47,505 nt of DNA, from positions 1 to 47,505 of the IMG/VR virus record IMGVR_UViG_3300036982_000361; one strand, given 5' to 3'. Under the pieces are notes generated by a model, which made no database searches, was not told the DNA's origin, and saw nothing but the letters and a program-made list of their open reading frames with translations. This document shows, piece by piece, positions 36,004 through 45,343 of this stretch. A program made the translations under genes and the position numbers. The stretch's first letter is position 1. Every line of letters begins with the position of its first letter. The DNA comes from a virus (lineage: Duplodnaviria; Caudoviricetes).

Positions 36004-39000
36004 ACTTCTTGATGGTGGCGTCGTGCGCTTGGATCTTGCGGAATGCTTCTTCGCCAATCTCGTTGTAGTACTTACGCAGCTTTACTGGATCAGATGGAAG
36101 CAGGATAGAACGCTTCAAGAAGGTTTGAAAGTCGTCAGGGGACTGCGCTTTGCGTGCAGCGGCAAGGGCTTCACGAATATTGTCACGATTGCCCGACAAC
36201 ACCGCATCGCGTAGCGCCCTACGATAAGCGTTTGCGGTGAAACCTGAGCCGGTGCTGCTTTCAACTTTGGCCTGAGCACTGCGGAATGCGCGATACGCCA
36301 CCTTGCCGGCACGGTCGTCGTTACTGACGGCGCCCATGATGCGAGACACACCAGGAACAAGGTTCTGAGGCTTGCCGCTTTCTAGGCTGTTTATAATGGA
36401 TGCCGCATAGCCAAAAGGCCAGAACAGCATGCTTGCAAGGTCGGTGACGGCAAGGTTTCCAGGCTGCTGTGTCTGCTGTAGGACGGAACCCGCAACACCG
36501 CCGCCAAGTACGTTGACTAAGAGAGGAATGGTTCCCTGACCGCTGCCGAAGTACATCGGCAACGCTTCTAGGCCGTAGACCAAAGCACCGCCCACCGCCG
36601 TAGCGGCTGCACTGCTAAGGCCGATAGCGGTAAGGGACTGCCCCAGCATACGAGACGCAATAGCCGCCCGCTTGGCTAGTGGCTGATCCTTTTTGGCCAT
36701 GATAGCAGCAGCGCCATCAACGGCACGGATCAGGTTACGCACCCGATTTTCGCCGTAGCGACGATACAGCGGGCCGACCATTGCTACCAAAGCGTTACGG
36801 CTGAGACGTCCCGACTGCGCAACGTTACGCTTCTGGCCCGTGATGTTCTCCGCCACCATAGTGGCGAGCACCTTCACATCTTGATCAGTAGCCTTCTTGT
36901 CACGGAAGCGTTGTGCCATCTGATCGGACACGCGGTTCATGGTCAAGAAGCCTTCATCAACGAGCGCAACACCGTTCTTTTGCAATGACGACGCCCAGCT
37001 ACGACCAGCTTCGTATCCAGCGGCCTGCACGGCACGGTTGACAACATTACGACCGAATCCGCGCTGAAGAGCGCCACGGATATTGCCGCTAATCTCAGTG
37101 CCTTTACCGCGAAGATCCACGCGATTTTTCACATCGGCTTCCATGCCGCCTTCTTGAACAGCCCGCCCCGGCTTGCGCACGCTATTCACAACACCCGTGA
37201 AAGCGTGAGTAACAGGGACATGCGCGGCAATATTCAGCGTCTCAGTCAAGTCCATCGGAGCCGCACCGGAAGTCTGCATAGCGCTGATAATCTGCTTAGC
37301 GTTGCGAAGTCCCGCAATGGCGTTGCCGCTGCTCATGTCGAGCGAGGTTTCGTGTTCCCCGTTGAAGGCGTTGATCGCACGAGCGACGGTCTCACGCACG
37401 GACTTGGGCGCTAGCTCTAAACCGGGAAGAATGTTTCCAAGATCCGCACTGGAAGACACGCCGCCGAATCCTTTATGGAATCCGACGCGACGAGACATAG
37501 CGTCAAACGTAGTGTTTACGTAGCGCGTAGGATCTGTTTCCAGAAGGCGAATCCAACCATCGCCTTTTTCATTACGGATATACTGCGGGAAGTTTTTGAA
37601 TTTACGCGCCTGCTCAATGGCGTCCATGCGAACGCTGGCCGATATTCCGCGACCTTCCTTCGTATCGGGATACAGCAGCTCCTGTACTTTTTTAGGGGCC
37701 ATGTTGTTCATGTCCGCTAAGGAGCGAATAAGCCGCTGCCCAAACCAACTAGCCGCACCATCGTCTAAACGGTTATAGAAATCCTGTGTTTTGTGACGAA
37801 CGAAAACGTTGTTCCCGTCGCCCTTGACAACATCAAGGCCCTGATCGGTAGCTTCCGTACGTGTGCTCTGGTTAGTAAGCTGTACGCCGTCAACCACATC
37901 TCTCAGAATTTCAGGAACGTCCGTACGGCCTTCGTACATGTTCCGCAACCGACCGCTTGTATACTCCTGTTCGGGGTCCATCGGCTTAATCGGCTCGTCT
38001 GCTTTACGCAGAGCTGCGGCCTTATCTGCACTAGCGGAAACAAGTTCAAGCGCCTTGGTGCGATCTGCATGCATGCGGCCTTGCGATGCGTGCTGATTCT
38101 CAATGGAGCGACCGATGCGCTCACCTGCATTGCGAGCATAGGGGTTGCTGCTCTTCTTAAGGCGGTCCTGCATGTCCGCGCCAAGCCATTCCTGCGCCCC
38201 GCGAATAGACCGCGCCAGAGGGGTAGCATCGCCAACACCGCCTTGGATGGTTTCGGCAAGGGCGTCGGCCTTGTCTCGAACAACTTTAGCCCCCTTGCCT
38301 AGGGCTTGCATTCCTTCAACAAGCGGAATCGCCGGATTGATAGCTGCGCCTGAGCGCGTCACGTCACGACCTGCAACCCGGCGTGACAGGTTTTTGGCAG
38401 CTACATCAACACGATTCTTCTGCTCTGGCGTCAGATCGGAATACGCGACCGTCTCCTTAGGATCTACGGTCATGCGATCAGTGACAAGGCGAGCTTTGCC
38501 AGTGGCGGGCTCTACGAGATAGCGTGGCTCAGGAGCTGGCGCCGTAAGCGGCGGCGCCTGTGTTGGCGACTCCAGGCCTGTATCTAAAGATTGAATAGGC
38601 GCTACCTCTTGCGCCGGCGGCATGTCGGATAGCGAACGGGAAGGCGCTACGTCAGTTGTTGCCTCTGCGGGAGGGATTGCTTCCGCAAGCGGCTGCGCTT
38701 CAGCATCGCGCTGCGCCATTTCGGCATCCTGCTGCGCTTGCTCGCGAGCATACTGCTCTTGATCAGCAGCGTTGAATGCTTCTCGATCTGCCGCCATACG
38801 CTCACGCAATATGCGATCAGCTACGGTCGCATTATCAACCGCACCTGCAACGCCTTCATACTGCGCTTGACGAATATCGGCATCTATTCTTGCTCGTTCG
38901 GAAGCTACTTCTGGCGTAGCTGAAAGCGCTTCTTGTGCTTTTGCCGCAGCTTGCTGCTGCGCATCTTCAAGGCCAATGCGCTTACTCACCGCAGCGTCGT

Positions 39001-39895
39001 TCGCAGCAGCGCCCGCCAATGCCGCATCGCTCTGCTTAGCGGCAAGGAGCTGATCCATGTTGACTTGGCGATTCTTAGCTTCCGCTTCAACCGCTTGCCG
39101 ATCTCCAGGACCACCAAGCGGGGCCATTGCGCTACCGGCGAGAGCACCGCCTGCGCCAGAAAGTAATGCTTCCTTAGCTGAAAAGTCCTTACGGTCACCG
39201 GTTGCAATGTCTAAGCCTTGCTGAGACGCGCTTTGACCGGAGCCCATAAGAGCGCCTTCGACGGCGTTGATACCGACGCGCTTCGCTAACGTTCCCGCAG
39301 CAGGCCCGATACCGGGGATCATGCTGAAACCAGTTTCTAACGCCGCGTTGCCAATACGATTACCCGTACCGCGTCCCTGAAGTTCGCGAGAAACGTCATT
39401 AGATATCGTGTATGGCACAGATGCCAACGCGCCGCCTCCAAGTGCGCCAATGACCGTTCCAGGTCCAGGCGCGACTGCGGAACCAAGCGCGGCCCCTGCA
39501 GCTGCGCCAGCAAAAGGAGCCACAACCGAACCTGCCGTACTTCCGATATACGACATCGCCGGGTTGTCACGTTCGATCTGTGCCATAGCACGATCGTTTG
39601 CAATGACGCCCTCTGTATCTCCTCCAAAGCGCGCATACATGCCCGCAATAGGGGCAACAACGCCAGACCGATACGCCGATTCAGCCAATGCCGAGGCAGC
39701 ACCTTGTTGTTCTTGTGGGACAAGGCGACGACGCGCCGCATCGCTGAGTCCCGCCATGTGGTTAGCATCAACCTGCACGCCCTGCTTTTTGATGATCCTT
39801 GCCGACACGCGCATAACCGCAGCGGGATCGGGGGTTTGCCCGCGATCCTCGAACTTGCGAGTAACGTAGTCAACCATTTCATCGTAATTAGGCAT
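35987..39895 (-). CDS. Large internal virion / DNA ejection protein
   Basis: 1302 aa, Ala/Gly-rich with glycine-zipper segments; last gene of the late operon. Confidence 0.7.
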   Translation of the reverse strand: MPNYDEMVDYVTRKFEDRGQTPDPAAVMRVSARIIKKQGVQVDANHMAGLSDAARRRLVPQEQQGAASALAESAYRSGVVAPIAGMYARFGGDTEGVIANDRAMAQIERDNPAMSYIGSTAGSVVAPFAGAAAGAALGSAVAPGPGTVIGALGGGALASVPYTISNDVSRELQGRGTGNRIGNAALETGFSMIPGIGPAAGTLAKRVGINAVEGALMGSGQSASQQGLDIATGDRKDFSAKEALLSGAGGALAGSAMAPLGGPGDRQAVEAEAKNRQVNMDQLLAAKQSDAALAGAAANDAAVSKRIGLEDAQQQAAAKAQEALSATPEVASERARIDADIRQAQYEGVAGAVDNATVADRILRERMAADREAFNAADQEQYAREQAQQDAEMAQRDAEAQPLAEAIPPAEATTDVAPSRSLSDMPPAQEVAPIQSLDTGLESPTQAPPLTAPAPEPRYLVEPATGKARLVTDRMTVDPKETVAYSDLTPEQKNRVDVAAKNLSRRVAGRDVTRSGAAINPAIPLVEGMQALGKGAKVVRDKADALAETIQGGVGDATPLARSIRGAQEWLGADMQDRLKKSSNPYARNAGERIGRSIENQHASQGRMHADRTKALELVSASADKAAALRKADEPIKPMDPEQEYTSGRLRNMYEGRTDVPEILRDVVDGVQLTNQSTRTEATDQGLDVVKGDGNNVFVRHKTQDFYNRLDDGAASWFGQRLIRSLADMNNMAPKKVQELLYPDTKEGRGISASVRMDAIEQARKFKNFPQYIRNEKGDGWIRLLETDPTRYVNTTFDAMSRRVGFHKGFGGVSSSADLGNILPGLELAPKSVRETVARAINAFNGEHETSLDMSSGNAIAGLRNAKQIISAMQTSGAAPMDLTETLNIAAHVPVTHAFTGVVNSVRKPGRAVQEGGMEADVKNRVDLRGKGTEISGNIRGALQRGFGRNVVNRAVQAAGYEAGRSWASSLQKNGVALVDEGFLTMNRVSDQMAQRFRDKKATDQDVKVLATMVAENITGQKRNVAQSGRLSRNALVAMVGPLYRRYGENRVRNLIRAVDGAAAIMAKKDQPLAKRAAIASRMLGQSLTAIGLSSAAATAVGGALVYGLEALPMYFGSGQGTIPLLVNVLGGGVAGSVLQQTQQPGNLAVTDLASMLFWPFGYAASIINSLESGKPQNLVPGVSRIMGAVSNDDRAGKVAYRAFRSAQAKVESSTGSGFTANAYRRALRDAVLSGNRDNIREALAAARKAQSPDDFQTFLKRSILLPSDPVKLRKYYNEIGEEAFRKIQAHDATIKKFIDGA

Positions 39896-39909
39896 GAAGA
39901 ACTCTAACG

Positions 39910-40857
39910 CTAGGGTTTGAATGACGGTGCGCCGTTGGCGATATCGTCTTCAATATTTCCAGTATTGGAAGGGGCCACTTGACTTGGGGCACCGAGTGCG
40001 CCAGCCGCTCCGCCCGTCGACCCCAACGCATCCCGATCAGCTTCTAGTTTCTTTATTTGCTCACCTAAAATGGCATACTTCACGTTAGCTGGATTGGCCG
40101 CTATTTCCGCATCACTGTAATCAAACCCCCACGAATTTTCGGCGCCAGCTTCCAAAGGCATTGTGCCCGCACGTTCTTTCAATAGCCGGTCAATTTGTTT
40201 GTTAATCTGGTCAATTTGATCTCGCCGACTAGCTTCAACGTAGCGAATGCGGTCGCGTTCAGAAGTAGCCTTAATTTTAGTCGCCAGCTCCCCTTCAAAG
40301 TCACGTTGCGGCTTTTCCCTTGCAGAACGAGCTTCCAAGCCCTGCGCCGCCGCAGACCCCGGAATAGGTCCAAAAAGAGGTTGGCCCGACTGCATTGGAA
40401 CACGGAAATCAGCACCGGGTAGCGTCTGCATTCGATCAGGCGATACGTATCCTTTAGTGGCGTAGTCAAACTCTTGACGACGTAGCGCCTCTTGCGCTGA
40501 ACGCGACTGCTGTGGATCTGGACTATTTACGTAGTCTTCAGGGTACATGGACCGACGTTTGCGTTCAGCATCCGCTTGTGCGCGCTGCCGATCTTCAAGA
40601 GCCAACTGATCCATGCGACCAAGTCGTGCCTGCTGTTCGCCATACCGACGATCCTCAAGCGCCATCCGCGCATCAGCACGCTCCTGCGCCTGCTGCCGCA
40701 GGGCCATCTCAGCAGTGTAGCGATCGTCGGCCATGCGGTCGCGCTGGCCCTGATAGCGTAACTCTTCACGACGAGCGAACGACTGGCCAAGACCAGAGAG
40801 GCCGCGAGTGAGCTGGTCAGCAATGCCGCCAGGGGTCATAATGGCTTCAGGATTCAT
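39910..40857 (-). CDS. Internal virion / ejection protein
   Basis: Gln/Arg/Ala-rich helical protein in the ejection cluster. Confidence 0.6.
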   Translation of the reverse strand: MNPEAIMTPGGIADQLTRGLSGLGQSFARREELRYQGQRDRMADDRYTAEMALRQQAQERADARMALEDRRYGEQQARLGRMDQLALEDRQRAQADAERKRRSMYPEDYVNSPDPQQSRSAQEALRRQEFDYATKGYVSPDRMQTLPGADFRVPMQSGQPLFGPIPGSAAAQGLEARSAREKPQRDFEGELATKIKATSERDRIRYVEASRRDQIDQINKQIDRLLKERAGTMPLEAGAENSWGFDYSDAEIAANPANVKYAILGEQIKKLEADRDALGSTGGAAGALGAPSQVAPSNTGNIEDDIANGAPSFKP

Positions 40858-41711
40858 GCAGACCTCATATCGTAGCCCGACATGTCGGAGTTACGGTATT
40901 GTTGATTAGGAGTCAAAGCCGGGTTGCCATACGCCTCGTTACGCAAGTTTGCTTGACGCTGCGCACTACCGTAGGCATTGGCAAGCTGCAAGGCGCTATT
41001 GGCGAATCCGCCGTACATCATCTGCTCGCTGCCGACGTTTTGAGCACGGGCGCGCTCGTTGCCGTAGTTCGCTTCTGCGATAGCGCGATCGCGATTGCTC
41101 AACGCAGATCCGACACCGGCCTGCTGCTCGAACAGATTACGCTCACGGCTCAAGGCGCTGTCCGCCATCTCGTAGTTGCGATTGTTCGCATCACCTGCGA
41201 AGTCTTGCTGACCAGCCGAGTAGTTCAACGCCATTGCGTTAACGTTACCGCCTACGCGCTGATTCATTTCTTGCTGGTACTGCCCTGCAAGAGGTCCCGC
41301 AAGCGCCGGTGTAGGCGCCTGTGCTGCGTACAATGCTGACGATTGGTTGGCGGCATCCTGCTGCAAAGCTGCGGTTTGATCGCCGGGCTTTTGGCCCATG
41401 TAGGTCTGAAAGTTATTGTGCGCTTGTTGGCTCTGCTGGATGAGCATCGCTTCGCGTTGCGCGTTACGAGCAAGCTCCCTTTGCTGATACTGTGCAAGGG
41501 CGGCTTGGTATTCTCTACGCGCTTTTTCTTGCGCTTTACGGCGTTTCTTTGCGCCCAGTCCGCCAAGGTATCCCGATGCACCGCCAACAAGAGCGCCAAC
41601 GCCAGCGCCTATAGCTGTGCCAACCCCCGGCGCGATCATTGTGCCTGCTACGGCTCCTGACGCTGCTCCACTGGCAGCACCTGCGCCCGCTGCACCGTAT
41701 TCATCAGCCAT
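40854..41711 (-). CDS. Internal virion / pilot-like protein
   Basis: N-terminal glycine zipper followed by a Gln-rich coiled-coil. Confidence 0.65.
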   Translation of the reverse strand: MADEYGAAGAGAASGAASGAVAGTMIAPGVGTAIGAGVGALVGGASGYLGGLGAKKRRKAQEKARREYQAALAQYQQRELARNAQREAMLIQQSQQAHNNFQTYMGQKPGDQTAALQQDAANQSSALYAAQAPTPALAGPLAGQYQQEMNQRVGGNVNAMALNYSAGQQDFAGDANNRNYEMADSALSRERNLFEQQAGVGSALSNRDRAIAEANYGNERARAQNVGSEQMMYGGFANSALQLANAYGSAQRQANLRNEAYGNPALTPNQQYRNSDMSGYDMRSA

Positions 41712-42379
41712 TAGCCACCTCCGTAGTAGTTAGCAACCGCGCCAACGCCAGTACCGATAGCCTGCCCGTAGAGCTGGCTCATGCTGTTCTGGTAGTTCTG
41801 TTCATCTTGCCTGCGCGATTGCTCAAGAGCCGCATTGTTAGCGTACCCGCCGCCCTGGATGTTGGCGCTGTTGGCCATATTCTGAGCGAGAGCATTCGTG
41901 TAGGGGTTGCTGTTCTGCTGCATGCGCAATGATTGCGCCTGCGACTGATCATTACGGCGGATACCCTGCACGTAATCTTGATTCTGCTGCGCGGCCTGCG
42001 AGTCACGAAGCGCCTTTTCTGCACCGAGAGTAGCGGTGTTGTACTGCTCTTGCGAGCCTCCGCGAGTTCCGCGCCCGGCGTGTTGAAGCTGCATGCGCTT
42101 AGCCGCGTCGGTATACGCCTGCTGATTGCTGGCCTGTGCGGCTTGGTTTTTTTGCTGATACAAAGAAGCGTAGTACGGATTTCGGGATTGCTCCCATTGA
42201 TTAATCTGACCAATACGCTCCGTGCGTTGTAGCTGGTCTTTGTACTGTGCTTGAGCTAGCTTATACTGCTCTTTCGACCAAGCTGGGCCGGCTTGCGCCA
42301 TACCGCTTTGCTCTTGGTTTGTGTACCAATCGCGCTCGGGCTGCGAAAGCTGACCGTATTCATCTTGTGCGCGGTACAT
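41711..42379 (-). CDS. Internal virion protein
   Basis: Q/N/Y-rich helical protein with a C-terminal Gly-rich hydrophobic tail. Confidence 0.6.
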   Translation of the reverse strand: MYRAQDEYGQLSQPERDWYTNQEQSGMAQAGPAWSKEQYKLAQAQYKDQLQRTERIGQINQWEQSRNPYYASLYQQKNQAAQASNQQAYTDAAKRMQLQHAGRGTRGGSQEQYNTATLGAEKALRDSQAAQQNQDYVQGIRRNDQSQAQSLRMQQNSNPYTNALAQNMANSANIQGGGYANNAALEQSRRQDEQNYQNSMSQLYGQAIGTGVGAVANYYGGG

Positions 42380-42382
42380 AGT

Positions 42383-43765
42383 TTAAGTCTTAATAATAAA
42401 GGAAACAACGACAAACGAAGGAGTCGTATTGTGAGCAGTGTTTAAGCCCTGTGTTCCCGTTTGCGCGCCATACAAACTGTCTCCTATTGCTGCTTCGCCA
42501 TCAGGACCAGGACCCGCACCGCCGGCCGTCCCCCAGCGATATTCGTGGCTGTGTGTAGCAAGCTCGGCGACGGTTAAAACATGATCTTCTTCGCCACCAA
42601 ACTGACCAACCGTGCGAGCCGTAAGTGCAGTACCGCCAGTAATTATACCAGATCCGCTGACGTTCTTCTGTGCGCCATTGCCCGCTCCAATAGGAAAGCG
42701 CCCTTGGAGATTAGGCACATTAAACGTAGTCGTTCCGTCGCCAGCGCCATACGTAGTGCCGATAGCCGTGAACAAGGTTGCGTAGGTTGTACGCGACACG
42801 GCAGCACCGTTACACAGCAGCCATCCGGTAGGGGCAACAGCTGCCCCAAAAGCTACAATGGTACCTTTTGGCGCGGCACTACCCAACTGAGCATCAACAT
42901 ACGTCTTGTTTGTAGCGTCCGTCCCCGTGGTCGGAGCCGCAACGTTACTGACACGGAAGTTGCCCGCATTGAAAATGCCGGTCATCGCGGTCGTTCCGTC
43001 CTTACGGACGAACGTATTGCCAAGATTACTGATGGTCGAATTGAGGGCCGAGACCTGACCGACGGTAGCCGAATCCGTAGCAGCCGAACCGTCTACCAAG
43101 CCGGTAAACTTGAACCCACCCATCGGGATGTTAGCCGAGGCCGCGTTGGTGCCGTCACGCTTCCACAGATTGCTGATCGTACCGAGATTTGACAGCAGGG
43201 TATTGAGACTGGTGACAACTTCTGTCAGTGCGCCTTCCACCGTGGTAGCTGCAATCAGCGCACCCGTGTCTTGGATGCCGATCATGTTCGCGCCATCAGC
43301 GCCGGAGCCGGTGTTCGCCAACCGAGTCAGCAAGCCCGCGCCGGACTCAAATGCAGCGACAAAAATAACATGCCCGGCATTCTGAACTGGAATCGTTACT
43401 TGCAGGAACCCAGCGTTGTTGGCTACGGTAACGAGATTCGAATCGATCTTGGTGCCACGGTCGAACACTTCAACGTTTGTTGAGGTAAAGCTGGCCGAGT
43501 AGACGATGGTCGTGATAAAGATCGTTTGGCTCGCAGTCGCGACAAAACGCTGAGCGCCCGCAAGAGCCTGTGCTGTGGCTGCTGACTGATTACGAAGCTG
43601 ACCCGTGCTGGTCGTGATGCCACGCACGAAGGTGTTGAGCTGGTCGATCTGCTCAACAAAGTCGTTATGCTCCGCGTCCAACATGGATGGCGAAGGCGTA
43701 GTGGTACCGGCATTGGCTGCCTGCTGGAAGCTAGTCCGGCGTGAGGGGCGGGGAGGGTAGGGCAT
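42383..43765 (-). CDS. Tail fibre protein with phage tail-collar domain
   Basis: PKGTIVAFGAAVAPTGWLLCNGAAVSRTTYATLFTAIGTTYGAGDGTTTFNVPNLQGR; DATNKTYVD repeat. Confidence 0.9.
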   Translation of the reverse strand: MPYPPRPSRRTSFQQAANAGTTTPSPSMLDAEHNDFVEQIDQLNTFVRGITTSTGQLRNQSAATAQALAGAQRFVATASQTIFITTIVYSASFTSTNVEVFDRGTKIDSNLVTVANNAGFLQVTIPVQNAGHVIFVAAFESGAGLLTRLANTGSGADGANMIGIQDTGALIAATTVEGALTEVVTSLNTLLSNLGTISNLWKRDGTNAASANIPMGGFKFTGLVDGSAATDSATVGQVSALNSTISNLGNTFVRKDGTTAMTGIFNAGNFRVSNVAAPTTGTDATNKTYVDAQLGSAAPKGTIVAFGAAVAPTGWLLCNGAAVSRTTYATLFTAIGTTYGAGDGTTTFNVPNLQGRFPIGAGNGAQKNVSGSGIITGGTALTARTVGQFGGEEDHVLTVAELATHSHEYRWGTAGGAGPGPDGEAAIGDSLYGAQTGTQGLNTAHNTTPSFVVVSFIIKT

Positions 43766-43776
43766 GGCGTTTCGTT

Positions 43777-43804
43777 AGTGTGCGTTCACTTACTTGGAGA
43801 TCAA
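43777..43804 (-). promoter_or_regulatory. Putative promoter of the tail fibre gene
   Basis: TTGATC-N16-CACACT with TAAGTGAA in spacer. Confidence 0.45.
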
Positions 43805-43814
43805 GCCTAAACGG

Positions 43815-43880
43815 CTACGGTATCCACTCCAAAACTTCGACTATGCCGTCATCGCAGACGGTCCAGGCGTATGTTGGCAT
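43815..43880 (-). pseudogene. Chimeric 21-codon scar ORF MPTYAWTVCDDGIVEVLEWIP
   Basis: First half matches the start of gene 44717..45343 (28-bp identity); second half matches the end of gene 45340..46005 (27/31 bp). Confidence 0.85.
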
Positions 43881-44720
43881 CTATAAGCCTTCCTGATAGA
43901 CCGCAAGTATCTGCGTATCGTTAAGCGCTAAGTTTGCGATCATTAAACTATCCCATGCAATTGTAGTTGCTGGAGAGATAAAACCCGATCCAACTCGCAC
44001 CAGTACTGCGGTATAACTAGCATTGATAAAGCCTGTAAGGGTCGCTATCAAGGCGCCGTTTTTATACACCTTAACGGTTTGTGTCGATCCGTCGTAGACA
44101 AAAGCCGCATGCACCCAAGCCGTGTCTAGCGTTTCTGAAACACTACTAGCTGGTCCGCTAAGTTGAGAAACCCAGTAGGCACGATTGGAATCTAGCAAAG
44201 TGCCAACAGCAACGGTAAGCACCTGACTACCACCGGAATTAGCTAGGTATACGGCTGCTGCATTTGATGAGGCTACGCCACTCTGGCGCGACCAGTAAGC
44301 AATCGTCCAGGTGTTTGCCGCAGACATGGTAAGCGGTGCCGTCATTAAACACGTTGTTCCACCAGACGGTCCGCGTGTTGCGCCGTTTCCGATATATCCG
44401 GGCATCCCTGCCAACATGTTAGATACTAGCGTAAAATCTCCGCCAACGCTGGGGTTGTTTGACGCAAGCGGAAAAGAGCTTTCGTTGAAATACCAAGAAA
44501 CCGCACGAAAGGCTACCCCTGGTGTGTAGACGCCTGCGAAATCAGAAAAAACAAGCTGCCCAGGCCTACCACCAAGAACTACTTCGCTTGACACAACGGA
44601 ACCATTAAACACCGACAGCCGATTACGTCCACGCATAGCCGACCACCAGCGCGTACCCGTGTCGCCTTCTCTTGACAAGTACCGTGCTCCTAAGATACGG
44701 TCATCCCGCTTGATAATCAC
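43881..44720 (-). CDS. Tail accessory protein X' with LamG/ConA-like lectin domain
   Basis: WTIAYW...WVHAAFVYDG...KVYKNG...ALNDTQILAVY; N-terminus paralogous to 45340..46005. Confidence 0.8.
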   Translation of the reverse strand: MIIKRDDRILGARYLSREGDTGTRWWSAMRGRNRLSVFNGSVVSSEVVLGGRPGQLVFSDFAGVYTPGVAFRAVSWYFNESSFPLASNNPSVGGDFTLVSNMLAGMPGYIGNGATRGPSGGTTCLMTAPLTMSAANTWTIAYWSRQSGVASSNAAAVYLANSGGSQVLTVAVGTLLDSNRAYWVSQLSGPASSVSETLDTAWVHAAFVYDGSTQTVKVYKNGALIATLTGFINASYTAVLVRVGSGFISPATTIAWDSLMIANLALNDTQILAVYQEGL

Positions 44721-45343
44721 GGCACGCTCACGATAGCGCCGTCCGCCAGATAGTACTTGGACGCGCCGACCACGATGCCGCCGAACAAGGGCAGCGTCAC
44801 GTCACCGCCCAGCGCCGTAGCGTTGTTATCAAGTCGCGTTACCGTGGTTGCGTCAACAACGCTTGTCAGTGTGTCGGCTTCGTAGCGCACAGCTGAGACG
44901 AACACCGGCACATCGGGGTCGGTTAGGCTGAACGTGGCGAGGTAGTCGCGGTTTTCGCATGCGATGTACAGACTCGACCCCGAGATGACGGCATTTAGTG
45001 GGTCAACTACAGCGGGTGCGTTAAATCGCTCCCCTACCGTAATGCGTCCGTTTGTAGCCACCGTAACGACACGACCTTCGCCCTTGCCATCAAAGCAGTA
45101 AACACGTCCAGAAGCGCCGCCAATGGCCCATTCTACACGGTCCATGACCCAGCGACGGGACCTCTCCACGCCGTTACCGTCCAGTACAACAATGCTACCC
45201 GTCGGGCCGGGAGCCACCATCAGCAGATTGGTCGCGGTGAGCCAGGGTTCCGTCGCCTTAATATCGACGGCCGTGCTGATGGTCGTGCCATCGGTCTTGT
45301 AGAGTTTGCCGTCATCGCAGACGGTCCAGGCGTAAATGGTCAT
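44717..45343 (-). CDS. Tail accessory protein Y (beta-propeller-like)
   Basis: True start MTIYAWTVCDDG at 45343 (ATGA overlap); beta-rich with an LVIVD-like repeat (FSLTDPDVPVFVS). Confidence 0.65.
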   Translation of the reverse strand: MTIYAWTVCDDGKLYKTDGTTISTAVDIKATEPWLTATNLLMVAPGPTGSIVVLDGNGVERSRRWVMDRVEWAIGGASGRVYCFDGKGEGRVVTVATNGRITVGERFNAPAVVDPLNAVISGSSLYIACENRDYLATFSLTDPDVPVFVSAVRYEADTLTSVVDATTVTRLDNNATALGGDVTLPLFGGIVVGASKYYLADGAIVSVP

